Of a DNA stretch of 64,000 nucleotides, positions 18,617 through 28,149 are shown one piece after another. The stretch spans positions 9,271-73,270 of the IMG/VR virus record IMGVR_UViG_3300037110_000161, one strand, 5' to 3'. Both the position numbers and the translations under genes were made by a program. The notes under the pieces are model-generated. The model saw only the letters and a list, made by a program, of their open reading frames with translations. It ran no database searches and was not told where the DNA came from. Every line of letters begins with the position of its first letter. Within the stretch, counting starts at the first letter, position 1. Source of the stretch: a virus.

Positions 18617-20311
18617 TTAGAGAACCTTGCTGATGCTGGTGCCGCCGGACGATGGCACGAACGTCAAAGCGATGTCGGCGTAGACCAAGGCATGGGCGTA
18701 GTGGTCAGGTCCGGTGTTCACGTAGGTGGCCTCCGGGTTGCCATGTTCATCTTTCTCATAGGTCCGCACGAGGTTCTTGACGTGCTCGCGGAACTCCAGC
18801 GAAATATCGGCCGGCAGCAATATCCGTGAAGGATTCATCTTGAAGCGGCCCAGCGTGCAACTCAGCCAGTTGGTGCGGTCTACCGTCGCCATAGGGGCAC
18901 CGGTGTCTTCCTCGGTGATCGCTATTTCCTTGGCCGCGATTCCTCGCCGATAACGGCAGAGGTGGACATAGCCGTAAAACTTGCGGGCAAACCGCCGCGC
19001 GTCGTTGATGTTCGGATCGGCGTCCACCACGCAGGCGAGGACTTGCCATTCCCGCATCAACTGGCCGACGTAGTTCCAGTCCTCCTCCCGGAACTTGCCG
19101 TACCAGAGCAGCTTGCCGACCGCTGCCAGATTGATGTCCACACGGCGGTCGCCGTCAAACAGCCACTCCACTACGGTGATGTAGCCGGTCTTGCCCTGGT
19201 CCACACCCATCGTGATGCAGCGCCGACCGCCGATCCCCGGCCGCACGTCGCCGGTAATATGCTTCCGCACGGCGGCGTCCAGCATCGCGTCGGAGACCTG
19301 GGCACCTTCGCCGATGAATGGCAGGCCCAGCTTCGAGTTATGGAACTCTTTGTTGGCCGCCTCGTCGCCAAGGCCACGGAAGTGGGCAATGACGATCTCA
19401 CCGGGAGAGACCGTAGACGAATAAAGCTGATTGGCGTAAAAGCCACGGGACTCCTGCGGGCTGACTTGCAGGTTCGTCGGCTGCCACAAGCCCCCGGCCA
19501 GGAACTCCGGCTTGGCTCGATGGTCCAGCCTGTGTTTGCAGTCCTTGCACTTGATGAACGACTCGTGGCAGCGGGGATCGCTGACCGTCTCGCCGATGAT
19601 CTCGACGCAATCGGGCCAGACGAACTCCGTCCATCGGCCGCAACAGGGGCATTTGAACTGGAAGTGTTCCTGCGTGCTGGTGAGGAACAGCTTGTGGATG
19701 CCGTACTTCGGCACGGTGGGCGTCGAGATGGCCAGGACATGCTTCTCGATCTGCCCGGACAAACGCTCCAAGGCCAACCAGATGGCCTTCGTGTCCATTT
19801 CGTCCAGCTCGTCCAGGACCAGTTCCGAAACCGGAATGGACTTCAGGTTCGAGTCACCACGGCTTCCGCGGATGTACAGGACGTTGGTTCCCGTGGACTT
19901 CAGGCCCACGGTGTTGGTGTCAACGAACAGTTGCTTGAGATACGAGCTGAGCTTCAGTGCGGTGGCGAAGCGGGCCTTGGAAAAGTCGCTCGCATTCAAC
20001 GTCGTGGGAAGCACGTACAGCACGTCACGCTTCAACTGGTCAAGCACAAAGAATGCCCGATTGATCCCAGCTTCAGTGATGCCCAACTGAGCCGCCTTCA
20101 TCGCCACGGTGAAGGCCGCCTTGCTGTTGTGAATCTCGCGGCACCAGGGGTGATGTGCGAAGCCGTAGGGACCGGGGAAGGGTGCTCCCATCACCCTGCG
20201 ATGCTCAGCCCATCGGCTACACGACTGTAAGGACGAGTTCTCCAAGCCGCGTGTGACGCCCTCTTGGAAGGCGTCCCACAGCTCGCCGCGGCTAGCGCGC
20301 TCTTCGACCAT
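18617..20311 (-). CDS. terL: terminase large subunit, lambda GpA-like
   Basis: KAAQLGITE (Walker A-like), LVLDELD (Walker B), STPT, CxxC..CxxC, nuclease motifs MGVDQG and DHYAHA. Confidence 0.92.
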   Translation of the reverse strand: MVEERASRGELWDAFQEGVTRGLENSSLQSCSRWAEHRRVMGAPFPGPYGFAHHPWCREIHNSKAAFTVAMKAAQLGITEAGINRAFFVLDQLKRDVLYVLPTTLNASDFSKARFATALKLSSYLKQLFVDTNTVGLKSTGTNVLYIRGSRGDSNLKSIPVSELVLDELDEMDTKAIWLALERLSGQIEKHVLAISTPTVPKYGIHKLFLTSTQEHFQFKCPCCGRWTEFVWPDCVEIIGETVSDPRCHESFIKCKDCKHRLDHRAKPEFLAGGLWQPTNLQVSPQESRGFYANQLYSSTVSPGEIVIAHFRGLGDEAANKEFHNSKLGLPFIGEGAQVSDAMLDAAVRKHITGDVRPGIGGRRCITMGVDQGKTGYITVVEWLFDGDRRVDINLAAVGKLLWYGKFREEDWNYVGQLMREWQVLACVVDADPNINDARRFARKFYGYVHLCRYRRGIAAKEIAITEEDTGAPMATVDRTNWLSCTLGRFKMNPSRILLPADISLEFREHVKNLVRTYEKDEHGNPEATYVNTGPDHYAHALVYADIALTFVPSSGGTSISKVL

Positions 20312-20405
20312 TGTGTAGCCACCGTTGTAGCAGAGGTTGCATGGCAGGTTCGCTTGGCGTCTTGCTCGGTCAGTCTGCGTTCATCCTGTGCAACCTCGTG
20401 TTTTC

Positions 20406-20825
20406 TCAGCCGGCCGCTACGGGCTCGTCGTCTGCGTCCATTTCTGACTCAACGGCCGGGGCCGGTTCACTGGTCGGAGCAGGCTCGGGTTCCACAACCG
20501 GCTCCGGTTCGTGGGCCGGTGCAACCGGGGCCGGCTCAACAACCGGAGGAGGTTCGATGGCCGGAGCTGGAGCAGACTCAAGCTTGTCGGCCGGCTTCCG
20601 CTTGGCGGACCTGAGCAAGGCCGGGCCGCAGCCGAAGGGCGGCCGGTGGTCTGGCCCCAGGAAGCACGAGTACACGTCCACCTCGTCTTCCTGAACGCCG
20701 TCCGGCAGGGGGATGTCCACCCAGTAGTGGCTGTCGTCTACCGTCGTTGTGACTTCGCCCTTCGGCGTGTAGAGGATGATGCTCACCAGCGGCAAACTGC
20801 TATTGTGCGGGACGGGCACTCGCAT
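20406..20825 (-). CDS. hypothetical protein with Pro/Glu-rich tail
   Basis: 139 aa, GAGG RBS, in operon. Confidence 0.55.
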   Translation of the reverse strand: MRVPVPHNSSLPLVSIILYTPKGEVTTTVDDSHYWVDIPLPDGVQEDEVDVYSCFLGPDHRPPFGCGPALLRSAKRKPADKLESAPAPAIEPPPVVEPAPVAPAHEPEPVVEPEPAPTSEPAPAVESEMDADDEPVAAG

Positions 20826-21066
20826 TGTTTTCCTCGCAGGCTTGGGCGACTTCCAACAGGCGTGACGCCAGTCGTCGAAGATGACTGGGATCGCCGCCCG
20901 GTGCGCCGAGAAGCGTGTAAACGTGCATCATTTCCACGGCCGCGTTGCAGGTGACCAGCGCGTGGTGCCAGAGGCGTTTGCCGTCTTCGAGCATCAGCCC
21001 GGAGACCGGCGGCAGCTTTGGTTTCACCGGCGTCGGCGGGCAGTTCGCACACCGTCGCTCGGCCAT
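20800..21066 (-). CDS. hypothetical protein
   Basis: ATG 21066 (MAERRCANC) coupled to the upstream stop. Confidence 0.5.
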   Translation of the reverse strand: MAERRCANCPPTPVKPKLPPVSGLMLEDGKRLWHHALVTCNAAVEMMHVYTLLGAPGGDPSHLRRLASRLLEVAQACEENNASARPAQ

Positions 21067-21491
21067 CACGACCTCCCGAAGACTTCGTTCATCAGCCGAA
21101 CGGCCTCGTCGATGTCCTGCGTCTGCACAGTATCGTGACCACAGCGGATCACGAAGTAGACCGGGATGCTCGTGATGCCATAGTACCGCTTGGTCATTTC
21201 CGAGCACTTGTCGATGTTGATCCGTTCGACATCCACGCCCATCTGCTCCAAGGCGTCTAGCTGCGGTTGGCCGGCTTGGCAAGCAGGGCACCAATCGGCA
21301 CCAAAGGCAATGATCTTCGGCCGGCAACACTGGCCGTGTTGCTTGTCCGGTTGCGCCTCGTGGCGTTGGTCGGGCGTCGGCCAAGGGGCCACCGGCGTCG
21401 GAGGCTCACAGCCGGCGATCAAAATGGTCGTCAAGATCACAGCCAGCGGCACCAGCACGGATTTGCAAAAAGATCGCGTCTTCATGTTCAC
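21066..21491 (-). CDS. thioredoxin-family lipoprotein
   Basis: lipobox LIAGC; active site FGADWCPAC; cis-Pro motif ITSIP. Confidence 0.85.
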   Translation of the reverse strand: MNMKTRSFCKSVLVPLAVILTTILIAGCEPPTPVAPWPTPDQRHEAQPDKQHGQCCRPKIIAFGADWCPACQAGQPQLDALEQMGVDVERINIDKCSEMTKRYYGITSIPVYFVIRCGHDTVQTQDIDEAVRLMNEVFGRS

Positions 21492-21660
21492 GGCGAATCT
21501 CCTGGCACGGCAAGACTGCGGTTCTCGAAAGGCTCGCGGCGCATCCGGGAGCCCTTGGAGAACCGGCCCCGGCCGGTTACGACGCCGGCCGGGGCACGGG
21601 AGTGGGAAGACCTGCCAAAGTGCGCTTGCGTCAGTGGCGTGGCAGGTTGCTCGGACGCGA

Positions 21661-22095
21661 TTAGGACTTGGCCGAAGCAGAGGCGGGGGCCGGAGCCGCG
21701 GAAGCGGGAGCGTCGGCCGGGGCAGCCGCTCCCTCGATCACGGCGATCTTCGCCTTCACCAGGGCCATGCCCTCGGGCGTGGCGAGCTTCTTGTCCAGCA
21801 CGTTCTCATAGGTGGATTCCAGTTCCTTCTCGATGGCGTCGTTGCCGGACTCCACCAACTTGGAGAGATCGTGAATCTTTTCGAGCAGATCGTTCACGTC
21901 GCCCACGGCAAAGTCTTCGAGCAGGGCCGGCAACAGCTTGAGGCCGACCGCCCGCAGCTTGATGGCCAGGACTTGAGCATCCCGCTTCTTGGTCGTCAGC
22001 GCTTCGTTCTTGCCGAAGAGCCACTTGCCGATCTCACGACCAACGAGCACGCACGCCACGGCGGCCAGAATCCAAATCACAACAATGGGGTTCAT
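21661..22095 (-). CDS. membrane-anchored helical protein
   Basis: ATG 22095; N-terminal TM IVVIWILAAVACVLVG. Confidence 0.65.
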   Translation of the reverse strand: MNPIVVIWILAAVACVLVGREIGKWLFGKNEALTTKKRDAQVLAIKLRAVGLKLLPALLEDFAVGDVNDLLEKIHDLSKLVESGNDAIEKELESTYENVLDKKLATPEGMALVKAKIAVIEGAAAPADAPASAAPAPASASAKS

Positions 22096-22169
22096 CTTTC
22101 TTCTCCGCGTTTGGGAATGCCGCAGGCGCGGCGTAGCAGTCACCGGACAAAGGCAGTCGCACTAAGGAA

Positions 22170-22871
22170 TCAACAGTGCGTGGCCGGCAGCAACTTCTCT
22201 TTGAGTTTCTTACCGTAGCCGAGGCAAAAGCCGACCAGGAAACCAGCGCCACCGATCGGGACCACAAGCCAACCAGGCAGTGCGGACTCGGGCTCCGCCA
22301 GATCGGGGTTCACCACCTCGGGCTTGCCGCCGTCGTTAATCGGCTGCGGCTCGGGATCGTGATTGGGCTGTGGCTGAGGTTTCGGACGTTCCAGATTGTT
22401 GAGGCGGTTGTCGGTATCCCGCCGCCACGGCAAGATAGGTCGCAGCCCTTGGGCCTTGCCGACCGCCCCCGCCAGGGCCCCGTTCAGCCCGGCCGCCGTC
22501 ATGGGAAGGTCCTTCCCCGCCGCCTCGTAGACCACTACCGCGTCGGGTTGCTGCATTCGCACGGTGGGTAGCCCCGCGACGTTCGGAGCATACCGCTCCT
22601 TGTAGATCGCCGTGTCACTCGTCACAGGGCAGAATTGCACCTGGTCCTTCAGTTTGGTCAGATTTGGATTGTTGTCGAACCAGTTCAGGATTTCGTTGTA
22701 GCGGGCGTCGTTGGAGTCTCCGACGACACTGATGTACCACTTGCCCTGGTCGTTGGGCAGGTTGACCACGCGCTCTTCGGCCAGGACGCCGTTCACTGTG
22801 TCGGCGAAACAGGGGACTACGACCGCGAAGAGGGCGACCGCACACATCGCGCATAGCAACAGCTTGTTCAT
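22170..22871 (-). CDS. exported protein with C-terminal TM, possibly thioredoxin-like fold without CxxC
   Basis: signal peptide, RY....LPTVRMQ motif, Pro-rich linker, C-terminal TM. Confidence 0.65.
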   Translation of the reverse strand: MNKLLLCAMCAVALFAVVVPCFADTVNGVLAEERVVNLPNDQGKWYISVVGDSNDARYNEILNWFDNNPNLTKLKDQVQFCPVTSDTAIYKERYAPNVAGLPTVRMQQPDAVVVYEAAGKDLPMTAAGLNGALAGAVGKAQGLRPILPWRRDTDNRLNNLERPKPQPQPNHDPEPQPINDGGKPEVVNPDLAEPESALPGWLVVPIGGAGFLVGFCLGYGKKLKEKLLPATHC

Positions 22872-22901
22872 TGCTTTCCTCTCGTGAAACAGACTTGGGC
22901 G

Positions 22902-23471
22902 TTATTGTGGAAGCGGAGCCGCCGGAGTGTAGATCGGCGTTATGGCCCACCCGTCGCTGGCCTGCCATTCAGCAATCAGCGTCTCGCGCGGGACCCAGAT
23001 GTACTGCTCGACGGCGTTGTCGTCCAAGAGGGCGGCCCACTTTTCATCCAGGTGGACCAAGGCAACCATGTGCTGGCCGCCCCGAATCGTAATGCCGCAG
23101 CCGCGTCGCGTGCGGCACGCCCACTCCAAGAACTTCACGTCGCCGTTGGTGACGGAGGCGTAGCGCACGCCGGCCTCGTCGAGCCGCTGGGCCATGTCGT
23201 CCGGCCACTCGCCGTCGCCGCAGTTCTGTCGGACCCAATTGGCAGTGCGGTAGCGGCCCTGCCAACGCAACAGGGAAACCATTGTGGCCCAGGTGCAAGA
23301 ACCTTGACCACCCTCTCCCCACCAATTGCTCTGCCGCAGGGCGAGCGGCAAGTTGACCGTGGGACGCTCCACCACAGGGCGTCCCTTCCGCACCGGCGGG
23401 GCCACGATGCCGGGCGACTCGCAACCGGCAACCACCACCAGCAACAACACTGCCAGGACAATCCGCTTCAT
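22902..23471 (-). CDS. papain-like (C39-like) cysteine peptidase lipoprotein
   Basis: lipobox VVAGC; GSCTWA (Cys), HMVALV (His), LLDDN (Asp). Confidence 0.7.
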   Translation of the reverse strand: MKRIVLAVLLLVVVAGCESPGIVAPPVRKGRPVVERPTVNLPLALRQSNWWGEGGQGSCTWATMVSLLRWQGRYRTANWVRQNCGDGEWPDDMAQRLDEAGVRYASVTNGDVKFLEWACRTRRGCGITIRGGQHMVALVHLDEKWAALLDDNAVEQYIWVPRETLIAEWQASDGWAITPIYTPAAPLPQ

Positions 23472-24130
23472 CGCAGCCTCCGTGGTTTGAAGACCAGTTC
23501 CTTGTACTGAAGCATCCGGCACAGGTGGTTGGGGTTCCAGCGGGCGGCGCTCACCGTTGGCATGAGGCCGAGGTCCGCATAGGCGGCGGCCACCCACTCC
23601 GAACAAAAGATCATGTGCAGGTCTTGTTCGCGGAACAACGATTCCACAAAAGACAACCCGACGCCGGCCGCGCGAAACGCCCCCATCGCGTCATAAGGCG
23701 TGTGGATCGTTGCCATCACAAAGTCGCTCAGCCGGCTGTCTTCATGCGCATAGAGCGGCCGATAGAGTGGATAGTGCCAGACTTTGCCTGGGTAAGCCTG
23801 GAGAATCTTGGTGAGGTCGTGGGCCTGGGTGCCATTGAAGCATTCGCCCGAGAGTTCGCAGGGCATGTTCTCCAGCGTCGTGCTCTCGAACAACAGCAAC
23901 CGGCCGTCTGCGGCGTGGGCCATGACCCCGACGTGGCTGATGCCCCAAAACGGAATCCCGTAGGTGCCAAGATTGATAAGCGCACTGATCCAACTGTTGC
24001 CCGAGAAGCCGATCACGTCCCCAGCCTTGAGGTCATTCGGGTTGACGATCAGGCCCAGGTCGTACCGCGACAACGCTTTCAGCGTTGGTGAGGTGGGCGG
24101 TTGGCGGCACATTGACAGGAAGGGGAACAT
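23468..24130 (-). CDS. permuted papain-like NlpC/P60 (YiiX/YaeF-like) protein
   Basis: GDVIGF, SHVG (His first), PYD, FCSEWV (Cys last); ATG 24130 after GAGGTG. Confidence 0.8.
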   Translation of the reverse strand: MFPFLSMCRQPPTSPTLKALSRYDLGLIVNPNDLKAGDVIGFSGNSWISALINLGTYGIPFWGISHVGVMAHAADGRLLLFESTTLENMPCELSGECFNGTQAHDLTKILQAYPGKVWHYPLYRPLYAHEDSRLSDFVMATIHTPYDAMGAFRAAGVGLSFVESLFREQDLHMIFCSEWVAAAYADLGLMPTVSAARWNPNHLCRMLQYKELVFKPRRLR

Positions 24131-24302
24131 GTTGCACCTCAGGTCCGGGGATCCGCGCCATGCAGATGTTGTCGATGTACTTGGACGTGCCGTTGCGGCG
24201 AATGCCGAGGCGTTTTTGCTCGTCGGCCCAGCAGTCCTCGCAGCGGTCCTCGCCGCCATAGGTGACAATGCGACCGCACTCACACCAGACGGGCAATTGC
24301 AT
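24033..24302 (-). CDS. small Zn-finger protein
   Basis: TAATG coupling; CECG...CEDC; overlaps the next gene. Confidence 0.35.
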   Translation of the reverse strand: MQLPVWCECGRIVTYGGEDRCEDCWADEQKRLGIRRNGTSKYIDNICMARIPGPEVQHVPLPVNVPPTAHLTNAESVVAVRPGPDRQPE

Positions 24303-24871
24303 TAGGACTCCGCCAGGGCCGAAAGGGTGGGCACGGTGGCCGCGTCGTTGCGGGCTTCTTGGATTGTGGTTATCACGTCGCGGATCAACGTGTCCACAAG
24401 CTGATCGTAATTGGGCAAGCCTTCGAGGCGAGCCACGAGCTTCTGGCATATCTGCTGCCCGACACGCAAGAGCGTCGGCTTTGCCAGCAGACTGCCCAGC
24501 CGCTCTTCGATCTGGTTGCACGTCTTGACCAGCTTTTCGAGCGTGAGGATATGGCTGTTTACACGCCCGTAGATCGCCAACCGTTCTACGTCCGAGTGGG
24601 CCGAATTCCACAGTCCCTCGACCATCATGCGAGTCAGGGCGATCTCGTCACGGAGCGATTTGATGTCGTCGTGTTCGGCAAAGGCCGCCAATCGGGCACG
24701 ATCCTGGGCTCGTGCCAAGAGGTATTGCCGCAACCCCTTTTCTGGCGGCTGGTACGAGCCAGCGTGGACCCGGCAATAATCCGACCCTTCCTCGGCAACC
24801 GTCATGCACTGCCCGGTGCCGACCGACGCCTTGCAGCGGCGGGGATCCGCTAGGTCCGTCACTCGCTCCAT
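24302..24871 (-). CDS. putative terminase small subunit
   Basis: first gene of the late operon; C-x8-C-x10-C-x2-H-AG (HGG-like) motif and SLRDEIALTR helix. Confidence 0.6.
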   Translation of the reverse strand: MERVTDLADPRRCKASVGTGQCMTVAEEGSDYCRVHAGSYQPPEKGLRQYLLARAQDRARLAAFAEHDDIKSLRDEIALTRMMVEGLWNSAHSDVERLAIYGRVNSHILTLEKLVKTCNQIEERLGSLLAKPTLLRVGQQICQKLVARLEGLPNYDQLVDTLIRDVITTIQEARNDAATVPTLSALAES

Positions 24872-25018
24872 GATTCGCCTCAACCGCGGCCACGAGAGTT
24901 CCTACGCTATTACCAGATACCGAAAACGGTGTTTTTTTCGGACAGAACTCGAAATCTCTCTGCCACGCGCTCTAATACCCGTCCCTGGTTGCTGATTCAA
25001 CCGGTGAAGGAGATCAAC

Positions 25019-25537
25019 ATGCGACACCACGAGCGCAGGCCATCAGGCCCGCCGCGTCAGAACGCCCCCAAGCCCGTCTTGCCGATGGTTCAGCTTCCGA
25101 TCTACCGCGTCAAACAGCGGCACCTGGAAGCTTTCCTGGCGAGGGTGTACCGGATGGACGGCTTCGACTTCCTGTTGGCGGCTGGGGTCACGCCCGGAAT
25201 GTGTCCGGAATACCTGGTCAGTCCGGCGCTGCCACCGGCAATGAGCGCCCGGCAGGAGGCCGACCGCATCCGCCAAGGCCGCCGAACCCGCAACGTGGGC
25301 CTGATCCTAAACGTACTCTGCCTGGACGGCTTTATCCCGGCCGGGCGGTACACCATCGACACGCACCCCGCGCCACCGCCCGGCCAGGTCTACCGGACCT
25401 TGTTGATCGAGACGGGCGATCCCAACCATCCACGGTGCGCAGAGTTCAAGCGGCAGCACCGCAGCAACCGCGCGTTTACACAACTGGCAGCGCAGATGGA
25501 CAAGGCGGTCTTGGATGCTCAACGCGAGCAGAAATGA
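25019..25537 (+). CDS. hypothetical protein divergent from the late operon
   Basis: AAGGAG RBS, ATG 25019. Confidence 0.6.
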   Translation: MRHHERRPSGPPRQNAPKPVLPMVQLPIYRVKQRHLEAFLARVYRMDGFDFLLAAGVTPGMCPEYLVSPALPPAMSARQEADRIRQGRRTRNVGLILNVLCLDGFIPAGRYTIDTHPAPPPGQVYRTLLIETGDPNHPRCAEFKRQHRSNRAFTQLAAQMDKAVLDAQREQK

Positions 25538-25830
25538 GCCGGCCGCTCACACGCCGCGGCCGGTAGTGGACCTGCGATGTTTCGGTAATCGGTTCCATTC
25601 TGAAGCAAGCCAGGAACCATCTGAGCATATGGGCTCATCGCTCGGCGCAACTTCGTAGCGTTCGGACGCAAGCGCCCCACGTTCGTCTGCTGCAACGGCA
25701 TGTTAGGCGACCATTTCCAAGCGGATCCTGCCATCAGACTCTCCGTCCCAGCGTTCTTGTTGCCGCCGGAAAGCGTGCTTGCCTTTGAAGCATCAATCAG
25801 TCTGGTAGGCTGCGAAGATTGTGAGGAGCC

Positions 25831-27159
25831 CTAATCGCCGCCACCTTCAAGCATGGCAGCGTCGAACTCCTCGTCAAATTCGGCTCGTGCAGCATCAACC
25901 ATCGGCTTGATCTGCGCCCTGATCTCTTCGGAGGATTCGCTCTGATACACTTCGTCGAGAAGATCTGATCGCCCCTCGAGTTCTGCACACGCGCCAGCAT
26001 AGTGCGTATCATCGTAAGCTCCTAGGATCGCCTCAACCCACACCTTGCGCCCTTCGGCTGGCGTCGACAAGTAGTCTTTCACGGCTTCTCCCGTGCTCAT
26101 CAAATAGAACATCCGCCGCAGCCGTGGGTCGGACACAACCTGGTCCGTGTGGTTTTCTCGCATGAGGCGACGGAGAGTCTCTTCACCGTAAAGTTCTAGG
26201 ACTGCCTGAACGAATCGTCGCTGCCGAGGGCTATCCGAACCGAGGTCGCTTCCCAACTTCCGAAAGATGCCATTGCGTTCAAGCCACGACCACGCGTCGC
26301 GGCGGCGGTAATTGCTCAAGCACTCGATTACCACATCGAGACTCGGTCGGCTTTCGGGCTCCTTTGCGAGCATTCGCCGCACAACGTTGCCGAGGTATCT
26401 CCGCTCAGGCGACCAGCCGGAATCCTCGATCTCTATGGGTTGGTTTCGGACGGCCATCACCAGCCGAGAATAGAGACCAATATCGGAAAAAATCGGCTGC
26501 CCGGTAAGAAGCTGATAGCCTATTGTGCCCAACGAATAGACATCCGAAGAAGTGCTGCATTCCTCCCGGAACAGCCATTCGGGCGCTGCGAACCGAAGAG
26601 TTCCCAAGAAACTCTGTGAATTGGTAACGGTCGCTTCGCTCTGAAGTCGCACGACGCCCAGGTCGAGCAACACCGCTTGGCCGCCACTGTCGCGCATTAC
26701 GTTCGCGGATTTCACATCTCTATGGAGAATACCGTGATCGTGCAGCGCTTTCAGTCCATTGGCGGTTCCGAGGAGCAGATTCCGAGCCAAATCCGTGGGC
26801 ACAGGTCCACGGCTGGTCAGGCTTTCCAGAGTCTCGCCTGTAATAAGGCTCATCACCACGTACCGCGGCAAGCCATCCTTCCAGAAGGCGGCTGTATCGT
26901 GGACCTTCACGAGGTTCGGGTGTGCCAGGTAACTGCCGACCATCGACTCTCTAATTCGCCGCGCGATTATTATCCGCGCCTCTTCGCGTTCGAAAATCGC
27001 GGGGGCGTACCATTTCAAGCAGAATCGTTCACCTGCTCGGAACGATGTCCACGGAACACTGAGCTGAACCTCGAAGACCGTCCCGGTGGCTCCGCTGCCG
27101 AGCTTCCGTTCTATCTTGAAAAGGCCGTCGATTATCTCGCCAATTGCAGGGAGTCCCAT
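25831..27159 (-). CDS. Hanks-type Ser/Thr protein kinase, cytoplasmic, with helical C-terminal domain
   Basis: GSGATGTV, CLK, HRDVKSAN, DLG, GTLRFAAPE and SDVYSLG; no TM seen. Confidence 0.93.
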   Translation of the reverse strand: MGLPAIGEIIDGLFKIERKLGSGATGTVFEVQLSVPWTSFRAGERFCLKWYAPAIFEREEARIIIARRIRESMVGSYLAHPNLVKVHDTAAFWKDGLPRYVVMSLITGETLESLTSRGPVPTDLARNLLLGTANGLKALHDHGILHRDVKSANVMRDSGGQAVLLDLGVVRLQSEATVTNSQSFLGTLRFAAPEWLFREECSTSSDVYSLGTIGYQLLTGQPIFSDIGLYSRLVMAVRNQPIEIEDSGWSPERRYLGNVVRRMLAKEPESRPSLDVVIECLSNYRRRDAWSWLERNGIFRKLGSDLGSDSPRQRRFVQAVLELYGEETLRRLMRENHTDQVVSDPRLRRMFYLMSTGEAVKDYLSTPAEGRKVWVEAILGAYDDTHYAGACAELEGRSDLLDEVYQSESSEEIRAQIKPMVDAARAEFDEEFDAAMLEGGGD

Positions 27160-27196
27160 GGTTGTTTCTAACTTCGGCTGTGGGGCGAAGGTGCCG

Positions 27197-28129
27197 TCAG
27201 CGCGTTTCGCGCCACGGCACCTCTAAGCCTATTACGCTCAGCTTCTCCTCCAACTCATCGCGCTCCCTGCTCCGCCGAAAGCCTTGCTCCTCCCGCACGA
27301 GCAATCCTTCCTCTTCGGCCCGCCGCACGGCCATCGCGATATCGCCACTATGCAGTGCGCGGATGATTTCCAATTCCAGGCGGGAGAATGAAACTGCTTG
27401 CAACTGAAAATCCAGGAATGCTTGCCAGGTGAGGGGGCACCATTTGCTGACGATCGTTTGCCCAATGATATTCGTGTAGCTGCGAATTTCCTGCTGCGCG
27501 TGTGCGTCCATGCGGAGCAGGAGAAAATGCAACAGGTTGTGCAGATCGATCTTCCAGTACGCCTCCGTGTACGTCGCTAGAGGTAAATCCTTTCTCGCCT
27601 GCTCCCTTGCAATGCCCAGTCGAAGGCGCTCTTCGTAGACGTCACGTGCCAGTACCTGTACAGCCTTCTCGCGATCGGAGAGATGTGCCCCGACTTCCGC
27701 ATCGACGGTACCGCTACTCCCTTGCTGGTTCGTCTGGGACTGCTTCCGCCATTCTCCTGGGGTCGTCCGTTGCGCCGCGTCGATTGCCACCGAGTACCGT
27801 GTCGAGTACTCGTTCACATTCGCCGTCCTGTGCCGAATCCACTGTCGCCACGTATCCATCGGGACGCGCACATGCAGCTTGATTTCGCACATCTCGAAGG
27901 GCGTCGTATGGCGATGCCGCAGTAAGTAGCGTATCAGCCCCTGGTCTTCCCGTACTTTCTTGGTTCCCGTGCCGTACGAGACGCGCGCCGCCTGCACGAT
28001 GGATTCGTCCGATCCCATGTAGTCGATGACGCGCACGAAGCCATCATCGAGGACTTTGAACGGCACACCGAGGATCTCATCCAACGCCTCCACCCGCGGC
28101 CGGCTCAACTTCTCCCATTCTTTTTCCAT
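27197..28129 (-). CDS. thyX: FAD-dependent thymidylate synthase
   Basis: AARVSY, HTTPFE, signature RHRTANVNEYSTRY, EQARKDLP, LRMDAHAQQEIR. Confidence 0.95.
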   Translation of the reverse strand: MEKEWEKLSRPRVEALDEILGVPFKVLDDGFVRVIDYMGSDESIVQAARVSYGTGTKKVREDQGLIRYLLRHRHTTPFEMCEIKLHVRVPMDTWRQWIRHRTANVNEYSTRYSVAIDAAQRTTPGEWRKQSQTNQQGSSGTVDAEVGAHLSDREKAVQVLARDVYEERLRLGIAREQARKDLPLATYTEAYWKIDLHNLLHFLLLRMDAHAQQEIRSYTNIIGQTIVSKWCPLTWQAFLDFQLQAVSFSRLELEIIRALHSGDIAMAVRRAEEEGLLVREEQGFRRSRERDELEEKLSVIGLEVPWRETR

Positions 28130-28149
28130 GGTTCTTCGACTCCTCCCAA

